From contig JAEOTC010000194.1 in the NCBI GenBank assembly GCA_016840035.1, positions 1 through 43,828 on the forward strand: DNA of 43,828 nt, read 5' to 3'. This document shows, piece by piece, positions 37,287 through 43,828 of this stretch. The notes under the pieces were generated by a model, which was not told where the DNA came from, made no database searches, and saw nothing but the letters and a program-made list of their open reading frames with translations. Position numbers and translations under genes: made by a program. Source of the stretch: Candidatus Hodarchaeota archaeon (GTDB taxonomy: Archaea; Asgardarchaeota; Heimdallarchaeia; Hodarchaeales; Hodarchaeaceae). Position 1 is the first letter of the stretch, and each line of letters opens with the position of its first letter.

Positions 37287-39179
37287 TTAGGTCTGATCTA
37301 ACCTATATTTAGCTTTAGAGTACATAAAGCTAATTTCTAGGTCTTTTGCTTCTTGAGCAATCTGACGTATCATGTTCAGCCCATTAACCTGAAACCCTTG
37401 CTTAATACGTAAATTAGCCTTTAAGAATTGTGAATCAAGTAAAAGACTGAGACTACCGCTAGTCGATGCTTTTTCATCTGCAGAGGCATGATGACGTTCA
37501 GCGAGTTTTAAATTGCCTTTCTCTAATTCTAAGTAACCTAAACTTAGATGAGCATCAATAAAATTCTTTAAGTTCACTAGGTCAGTACTAATTACATCTA
37601 GAGAATTATGGAACCATTTAGATGCCTCATTAAAGTCTTCTATTAATAAGTAAGTGTAACCTTTACTTAGATATATGATAGATAACCCAGTTATCGAGTT
37701 CCATTGATTTAACTGTAATTCTGCCTGTTCCAGCAGTTTTAAAGCAGCTTCTTCATGTGAATGAAGTGTTAAAAGTTCAGATAGTAGCGACACATTTTGG
37801 GGATTAATTCTATTCTTTTCTTGGAATAATGGTTGTAGAACATTTATTCCTTCCTTAAAATCCATCTGGTTTCGATAGAAAATTGCTTGTGACCTTAAGA
37901 AACGAGTGAAAACGGGTGAAGTTGTCTTAATAGAGACAAGTTTCTCTCTACCACTCTCAAAGATTTGTTTTGCAGTTTTGAAATCACCTCTTGCTACAGC
38001 GATATCACCTCGAATATGAGCAATATCAAGATGTAAAGGAGTTCTGATTTCACTTGATAAGTCCAGATGATTTAAAGTTCTTTCTGCGTAATTAAGATGT
38101 TCTATGGCCTTTCCCCAAGAATTCAAGCCTTTTAGTATTTTTGCATAATTCAAATTTGCTTGTAAGAAATAAGTGATTTTTAAATCGTCGTCTGTTGATC
38201 TAACTGCGGAATTCAAAAAGTGTAGTGCCCATTCTTGAGCTTCAATAAAGCGATGTAAATTATAGAAGAAATTACTCAGTTTTTCCTCCGTAAACATTAT
38301 AGAAAGCTCATTTTTTTGGAGGGTGTGAATGTACAATGTCATAGAAAGTATATCTAATGTTTTCTTGTACAGACCAATTCTCCAATAACCACGGGCCATT
38401 TCATCCAAGCTAGCTCCAATACCAGACTTATCTTCTAGTACTTCGATAATTTTTTCAGCACGTTGAAATAGATACAACCCTTTAGAAATCGTGGTGCTAT
38501 TTAAAATTTGAAGACAACCCGCTAGGACTGCAAACGAGATAGCAGTAGCGTTTCCCTCTAAGGATTGTATATTTTTTAGTGCTAATTCAAAGAAGACGTT
38601 CGTTTCTTTGAATCTTTGCTCTTCATATAGTCTAATAGCCTTTTCCACTAAGCTTGACGATTCTTGATAAATTGATGAGGGGCTTCGGAGTAATGTAACT
38701 GAGCTCCTAACTATATTAATTAAATTTCTCGGGACGTTAAACCTATCAATCAGCTCTAAATCTACTTCTTCGGTTAATCTACTATCTCTAAAATCTAAGA
38801 TACCTTCAGCTGTCGTTGAAAACTTATTATCCTCTATAGCATTCCATAAGATCTTTGCTGTTTGAATTTCCGACTCCCAAGGTTCACTCCCAGTTTCACG
38901 CGTCTCTTCATATACTTTCTTAAAAATATCCATGAAATCCTGCTGCCATATAAATTCAAGTTCACGTGATCGATTGTATAATGCCATTTTATCCGTGATA
39001 ACTTGAGAAAACAGCTTACCACTTAATAAAAAGTACGAGTCCTTATTAGTAATGCCTCGAAGACTGGATATTATTTCTTTTTCCCTTTCTTGTGTATGAA
39101 GGTATTCAATGTCACCAAAAGCAATACTTTGAAGATATTTATTTATTATTGACAATTGATCGTGAGACGGGGATTTCAC
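37287..39179 (-). CDS. Large TPR-repeat protein
   Basis: Many TPR-like units (MARGYWRIGLYKKTL, KGYTYLLIEDFNEASKWF, LGYLELEKGNLKLAE). Confidence 0.75.
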   Translation of the reverse strand: MKSPSHDQLSIINKYLQSIAFGDIEYLHTQEREKEIISSLRGITNKDSYFLLSGKLFSQVITDKMALYNRSRELEFIWQQDFMDIFKKVYEETRETGSEPWESEIQTAKILWNAIEDNKFSTTAEGILDFRDSRLTEEVDLELIDRFNVPRNLINIVRSSVTLLRSPSSIYQESSSLVEKAIRLYEEQRFKETNVFFELALKNIQSLEGNATAISFAVLAGCLQILNSTTISKGLYLFQRAEKIIEVLEDKSGIGASLDEMARGYWRIGLYKKTLDILSMTLYIHTLQKNELSIMFTEEKLSNFFYNLHRFIEAQEWALHFLNSAVRSTDDDLKITYFLQANLNYAKILKGLNSWGKAIEHLNYAERTLNHLDLSSEIRTPLHLDIAHIRGDIAVARGDFKTAKQIFESGREKLVSIKTTSPVFTRFLRSQAIFYRNQMDFKEGINVLQPLFQEKNRINPQNVSLLSELLTLHSHEEAALKLLEQAELQLNQWNSITGLSIIYLSKGYTYLLIEDFNEASKWFHNSLDVISTDLVNLKNFIDAHLSLGYLELEKGNLKLAERHHASADEKASTSGSLSLLLDSQFLKANLRIKQGFQVNGLNMIRQIAQEAKDLEISFMYSKAKYRLDQT

Positions 39180-39257
39180 AAAAAGACAATAGAACTTTTC
39201 AAATAAAAGATTGACGAAAAGGATCTAAGTTCTAATTTAAGATACTGGTGTTTATTC

Positions 39258-40346
39258 ATGAATCCAAGTTTATCAAAAGTTGAAAAGCTGCAACATAAAA
39301 TGAGAAAGTCGGATATTGGAGCAGTAATTATACCTCTGGGCATAAATTTCAAATGGTTGTATAATATTAAGGAAGAACCATCAGAAAGATTGTTGGTTAG
39401 TATTATTAAGTCGGAAGGGGAACCAAATTTTCTTGTTCCGTCTTTTGAATCAAATCGTATCAAAAAAGCCACTGGATCCTCCGATGTCGTTGGTTGGGAT
39501 GAAACAGACAATCCTTTTAAGTTGTTGGCATCTGAATTAATACCTAATGATGTGAAAACGATTGCTCTTGAACCTAAGCTCTGGTTTTCAGTATACAAAT
39601 CAATTTCCCGGAATTTACCGGATAAAGAGTTTGTAGATGGAGAAGAAATCTTCTCATCATTACGAAGGGTCAAAGATGAGTCTGAAAGGAAAAATCTAAA
39701 ACAAGCATATACTAAATCAAGTGATTCGATAATTAAAACACTCAATGAGCTTGAAGTGGGAATGTCTGAATCAGAGGTCCAATCAATACTCAAAACTCGA
39801 TTACTATGGGGGGTTAATGAGCTCTCATTTAGTCTAGTTCAGTTTGGAAATAATACGGCCTTACCACATTATCACGGAGGGAATAGAACTTTAAAAAAGG
39901 ATGATGTCGTGTTAATTGATGCGGGAGGAACTGTTAATGGATATTGGGGAGATATCACGATAACTTCTGTATTCGGAACTGCAAGTGAGAAATTTAAAGA
40001 AATATTTGATCTTGTTAACCGAGCTAATATTCAGGGAAAGGATTTAGCTAGGCGTGGAGAAACTCCACATGATATCGATGTTGGGACCCGGAATGTTATT
40101 ACGAAAGAAGGGTATGGAAAGTTTTTCACACATCGAACAGGTCATGGTTTGGGATTGGAAATTCATGAACATCCCTATATCCTTGAAGGAAACAAAAATT
40201 CATTAGAAACCGGTAATTCCTTTACTATTGAACCAGGAGTTTACCTTCCAGGAAAATTTGGTGTACGAGTAGAAGATGATGTGATAAAGCTAGAGGACGG
40301 TATTTCTGCTAGTGAAATACCACGTTTGGAGCTTTTAGAGATATAA
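39258..40346 (+). CDS. Xaa-Pro peptidase (M24B family)
   Basis: PH, DAGG...GDIT, HRTGHGLGLEIHE, TIEPGVY, GVRVEDD. Confidence 0.95.
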   Translation: MNPSLSKVEKLQHKMRKSDIGAVIIPLGINFKWLYNIKEEPSERLLVSIIKSEGEPNFLVPSFESNRIKKATGSSDVVGWDETDNPFKLLASELIPNDVKTIALEPKLWFSVYKSISRNLPDKEFVDGEEIFSSLRRVKDESERKNLKQAYTKSSDSIIKTLNELEVGMSESEVQSILKTRLLWGVNELSFSLVQFGNNTALPHYHGGNRTLKKDDVVLIDAGGTVNGYWGDITITSVFGTASEKFKEIFDLVNRANIQGKDLARRGETPHDIDVGTRNVITKEGYGKFFTHRTGHGLGLEIHEHPYILEGNKNSLETGNSFTIEPGVYLPGKFGVRVEDDVIKLEDGISASEIPRLELLEI

Positions 40347-40441
40347 CGGAATGGATTTAACAAGTTGTTTCTTTACATACATATTTAAAACAAAAAGACT
40401 TTGGAGAATAAATAGAATCAACTAAGGAGACTTTCTAAAGG

Positions 40442-41455
40442 ATGGAAATTCGAAAAATCCAAGTTACTGGAGCAGGGGATACAAGGATTATTTCTTTGCC
40501 AAAAGACTGGGCTGCTCGTCACAAACTTGATAAGGGCTCAAATGTTGTGATTAAAGAAATGTCTTCTGGTGAGTTATTAATCTATCCGACTGAAATCCCT
40601 GTAGAGAAGAGAATTACAAGAATCCAAGAATCTGCCCATGTTAGTCGGGATGTTCTTGCTGCTTATCTCCTTGGTAGCGATGTAATCGTTATAGAGTCAG
40701 AAAAAGATACTCCTCTTCAGAATAAAAGTGTTATTCGAGATTTGAGTCGCCAGCTTGTTGGGCTTGAAATCCTGGGTGAGACTCAAGAAAGTATTGAACT
40801 ACATTTTCTGATTGATTCAAGCTCTTTACCCAATCCCCGTGAATATGTGCATAGATGTTTTTCAATTGCAAATCAAATGCAAAGTGATGCGATTTCAGCC
40901 TTTATCAGTGACGATATTACGCTCGCAGAAGAAGTTATTGAACGAGATGTTGAAGTTAATCGACTATATTTCCTTATTGTCAGAATGCTCAAGATAATGG
41001 TAAACGATAAGCGTGAAATATCTAATATCAAACCCACGACTTGCTTAGATTGGCGAATGGTAGCAGCATACGGAGAAAATTTGGGAGATGCTTCTGTTGA
41101 TTTTGCTAAAACAGTAAAAAAGAACAAAAACATGAAAGGAACACTTGAAAAATCTACATTGAACAAAATTCAACATTTAAGTAATTTATTAACAAAAGCT
41201 TTAGCAGAAAGCTTAGATTCCTTTTTCGCAGGAGATGTTCTCTCAGCAGAAGAATTAAAATCTAGAATTGACAATCAATTGAAAGATATTCATAAAGATA
41301 TTCAAGAAGACATTTCTAGGCATGATAAGGAGGTTGTTTCCAAGCTGACATCGCTAATCAGCTTTCTGGCTCAATTACGTGAAGTAGCGATAGATATTGG
41401 AGATTTAGTTATAGCAAATGACACTTCATTGAATGGCTTTTATCTGCGAGATTGA
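40442..41455 (+). CDS. Archaeal PhoU-family phosphate regulator with N-terminal AbrB domain
   Basis: RKIQVTG...ISLPKDWA, AYLLG, GLEI, ERDVEVNRLYFLIVR, and two PhoU helical bundles. Confidence 0.9.
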   Translation: MEIRKIQVTGAGDTRIISLPKDWAARHKLDKGSNVVIKEMSSGELLIYPTEIPVEKRITRIQESAHVSRDVLAAYLLGSDVIVIESEKDTPLQNKSVIRDLSRQLVGLEILGETQESIELHFLIDSSSLPNPREYVHRCFSIANQMQSDAISAFISDDITLAEEVIERDVEVNRLYFLIVRMLKIMVNDKREISNIKPTTCLDWRMVAAYGENLGDASVDFAKTVKKNKNMKGTLEKSTLNKIQHLSNLLTKALAESLDSFFAGDVLSAEELKSRIDNQLKDIHKDIQEDISRHDKEVVSKLTSLISFLAQLREVAIDIGDLVIANDTSLNGFYLRD

Positions 41456-41522
41456 CGGTTTCAGTTACGAAATGCTAATATAAAAATCTACAGGAACTCT
41501 CCTCAGTATGGAAGGATAATCT

Positions 41523-41753
41523 ATGTCAATTAAAGATCAGATCGCAAGCAATTTGGAACAGATAAGACCAGCTCTGCAACGAGATGGTGGAGATGTAGAA
41601 TTTGTTGATTATGATGTCGATAGCGGGATTCTAAAAGTACGCTTGATGGGTTCTTGCCGAGGCTGCCCATATTCACAAATGACACTCTCAAACGGGATCA
41701 AAAGAGCCCTTCAACAAAACTTTCCAGCCCTTAAAGATGTTGTCTCGGTATAA
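41523..41753 (+). CDS. NifU/NfuA-type Fe-S carrier
   Basis: IRPALQRDGGDVE, GSCRGCP, TL. Confidence 0.93.
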   Translation: MSIKDQIASNLEQIRPALQRDGGDVEFVDYDVDSGILKVRLMGSCRGCPYSQMTLSNGIKRALQQNFPALKDVVSV

Positions 41754-41798
41754 CGAGATTTGGATTAAGGAATCATAAAGGGAGGGAAGTTTAATTTT

Positions 41799-41828
41799 CC
41801 CTAAGTGGGTTTTTGTACTTACTTAGGG
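41799..41828. terminator. Stem-loop downstream of the nifU-like gene
   Basis: CCCTAAGTGGGT-ttttgt-ACTTACTTAGGG forms a 12-bp stem with two G-U pairs on the + strand. Confidence 0.4.
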
Positions 41829-41968
41829 TAAGTTTATTTATGGAGAAGTAATTATCTAAGATTTAGATATTTTCTTGTTGGATTTCTTCTGTTGAAAAAT
41901 ACTAAGAGTTGCGCAAAATGAATCCTTTAAAAACAACGATTGATTAGTTTCTAGAAATGAGGGTATAG

Positions 41969-43294
41969 TTGAGTTATTTGAAGACAGAAATTAGTGTATT
42001 GGAAGAAAATCAATTGAAGGAATTAAGTCGGACGAAGATAATTAGAGATTTGTCCCGAAAATTAAATGAACTTGATTCTCTCGATTCAATATTAAGAACT
42101 TTATACTTAAAGTTAAAAACACTCTATTCCTTTACATTTCTAATATTAAGTAACCCAAATAAACGGCCTGGTTTGGTAATATACCCCACAAAAATCATTT
42201 TCTCTTCTAAAGATCTCTCTGATTTTGTAAATGAGTTGAAATCGCAAAAAATAGACTCCGAAGTTACCTATCATCTCTATTCCCAAACTAATGAATCTCC
42301 TTTATCATTTGGAGGAAAATATATTCAAGAAATGGTGATTACAAAGATTGATTCACAATTCACCCCACATTGCTTTTTTGGAATGATAAGCTTTGAAGAG
42401 CCAATTGGAATAGAGAAATCAGATATAGATTTTTTCCAAATAATTACAAACCTCTTAACCCTGAAATACGCAAACATTGAGCTCAATCAGTCAGTAGATA
42501 AGGCCAAGGCACAGATCATTGACGATTCACAACGAATTCAAAGAGAAAATGATCAGCGTTCTGAGCTGTTGAAAAAAATTAAATCTCAAACTCAAGAATT
42601 ACGCATAAAGTCCCAAGAAGTGGAAGAATTCGTATACAGTGTCAGTCACGATTTAAAAACGCCAGTCATATCAATTTTAGGCTTTATTGAAACTTTGAAA
42701 TCTGATTCGGACAATGATTTTTCCTCTGAGAGTATATTTTATCTTGAACGTATTGAGAAGAATACACGTCATGTCATCTCTATGATTGATGAGGTCCTTG
42801 AATATTCACGTATTGGTAGATTTACTCAAGAAAGAACCAAAGTAAATTTAACCACCATTATTAATGAGTCTTTACTTAGATTTTCAAAAAAGATAGATAC
42901 TAGAAAAGTGAAGATTGAATTAGATTCAGATTTTCCTGATGTAGAAGTAGAGTTCAATCGGTTGCTTCAGTTATTTGATAATCTCATAGGTAATAGTATT
43001 AAATTTATGGGAGAACAGGAGAATCCTGTGATAAAGATCGGTACTTCCGCTTATGATACTGATTACACCAGAGTTTTTATTAGCGATAACGGAATTGGAA
43101 TTCCAGAGGCATCACATAAAAAAGTTTTCAATCTCTTCACTAGAGCTTCAAATGTGAATGATGATATTGAGGGGTCGGGAATCGGTCTCGCGCAGGTTAA
43201 GAAAATTGTGGAGATTCATGAGGGGAATATCTGGCTCGAAAGTAAGGAAGGTGAAGGAACGACCATTCTGTTTACACTTCCGTTGGCTACGTGA
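41969..43294 (+). CDS. Sensor histidine kinase (soluble; GAF-like, coiled coil, HisKA, HATPase)
   Basis: H-box SHDLKTP, N-box NLIGNSIKF, DNGIGI, F-box VFNLF, GSGIGLA, GTT. Confidence 0.95.
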   Translation: MSYLKTEISVLEENQLKELSRTKIIRDLSRKLNELDSLDSILRTLYLKLKTLYSFTFLILSNPNKRPGLVIYPTKIIFSSKDLSDFVNELKSQKIDSEVTYHLYSQTNESPLSFGGKYIQEMVITKIDSQFTPHCFFGMISFEEPIGIEKSDIDFFQIITNLLTLKYANIELNQSVDKAKAQIIDDSQRIQRENDQRSELLKKIKSQTQELRIKSQEVEEFVYSVSHDLKTPVISILGFIETLKSDSDNDFSSESIFYLERIEKNTRHVISMIDEVLEYSRIGRFTQERTKVNLTTIINESLLRFSKKIDTRKVKIELDSDFPDVEVEFNRLLQLFDNLIGNSIKFMGEQENPVIKIGTSAYDTDYTRVFISDNGIGIPEASHKKVFNLFTRASNVNDDIEGSGIGLAQVKKIVEIHEGNIWLESKEGEGTTILFTLPLAT

Positions 43295-43306
43295 GGATAG
43301 ATAACC

Positions 43307-43828
43307 CTAGCTAGTAATAAACTTGAATATTTGGTTAAACACTTCTGGGGCATCTGGATCTGTGGTGAAATTATGTGCTGAGTTTGGAAATGATTCAATT
43401 GTCACCTCTGTTTTTGGATTGAATTTCTTCTCTATTACTTTACTAATTTCACCTATTGCAATGGTATTGTCAAGATTACCATATGTAATAAGTGTAGGTA
43501 CCTTTATCTGGATCTCTTGTTGCTGAAAGTACCGTCGAAGTTTCATATACTGAGCTATTGCTTTCGTTGGGTAGTAATAGTAGGCATAGAGTTCATGGTC
43601 AAGATAATATTGAAGAACTGAATCTCCTTTGTAGATGAACTTAACGAAGTAGGAAAGAAAAGGGGTCAGATAGGCCAGTTTAGATTTCAAACCAAAAGCA
43701 GGTGCGAGTAAAACAAGCTTGTCAAACTCCACATCTCTGTTCTGGGGAATTATCAAAGTTGATAAGAGAGCACCCATTGATATACCAATTGGAATTATAC
43801 GTTCACACTGCTTTTTCAAGAGTTTTAA
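43307..43828 (-). CDS. Alpha/beta hydrolase (carboxylesterase-like), 5'-truncated by window edge
   Basis: Nucleophile GISMG, LLAPA, PTLITYGNLD, SAH. Frame is open to the window end. Confidence 0.85.
   Translation of the reverse strand, partial: LKLLKKQCERIIPIGISMGALLSTLIIPQNRDVEFDKLVLLAPAFGLKSKLAYLTPFLSYFVKFIYKGDSVLQYYLDHELYAYYYYPTKAIAQYMKLRRYFQQQEIQIKVPTLITYGNLDNTIAIGEISKVIEKKFNPKTEVTIESFPNSAHNFTTDPDAPEVFNQIFKFITS

Noticed and set aside
36917-37290. Phe-rich antisense and alternative-frame ORFs at the rfcL end
   Set aside because: By-products of the Lys-rich, A-rich rfcL tail.
39176-39793. 205-aa antisense ORF overlapping the M24 peptidase
   Set aside because: Ser-rich shadow of a well-conserved gene, with no motif.
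1-43828. tRNA, rRNA, CRISPR arrays, integrases, prophage
   Set aside because: No GC-rich cloverleaf or rRNA-like tract, periodic repeat, or viral/integrase gene seen by eye. tRNAscan-SE and Infernal would be needed to exclude small RNAs.

Overview
AT-rich archaeal chromosomal window with about 46 protein-coding genes and no tRNA, rRNA or CRISPR array that I could see. Archaeal markers are Alba, CarS, the PCNA-RFC-S-RFC-L cluster, IorAB, ADP-forming acyl-CoA synthetase alpha and a TFS-like protein. Together with two Rab-like small GTPases, V4R-fold proteins and long TPR proteins, they suggest an Asgard archaeon, possibly Heimdallarchaeia/Hodarchaeales-like (inference, no database search run). 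Most of the window is housekeeping or peptide-fermentation metabolism (ggt, M20 and M24 peptidases, IOR, ACD, crotonase, pncAB, gpmA). The most notable items are: (1) a solo tnpB element with a rearranged, Fanzor-type RuvC site, one in-frame TGA, structured 3' RNA and an identical TTGTCTGAC at both ends; (2) a strongly diverged RtcB-fold protein; (3) a divergently transcribed ArsR regulator and bactofilin-like beta-helix protein that share a SHOCT-like helical hairpin; (4) a solenoid protein resembling proteasome Rpn1/Rpn2 PC repeats; (5) a Rab-like GTPase with Q-to-H in switch II next to a tandem V4R/Bet3-like protein and a non-canonical TFS; (6) a PCNA with an acidic EYDD-repeat tail beside an RFC-L with a Lys-rich tail. 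All assignments come from motif recognition by eye.
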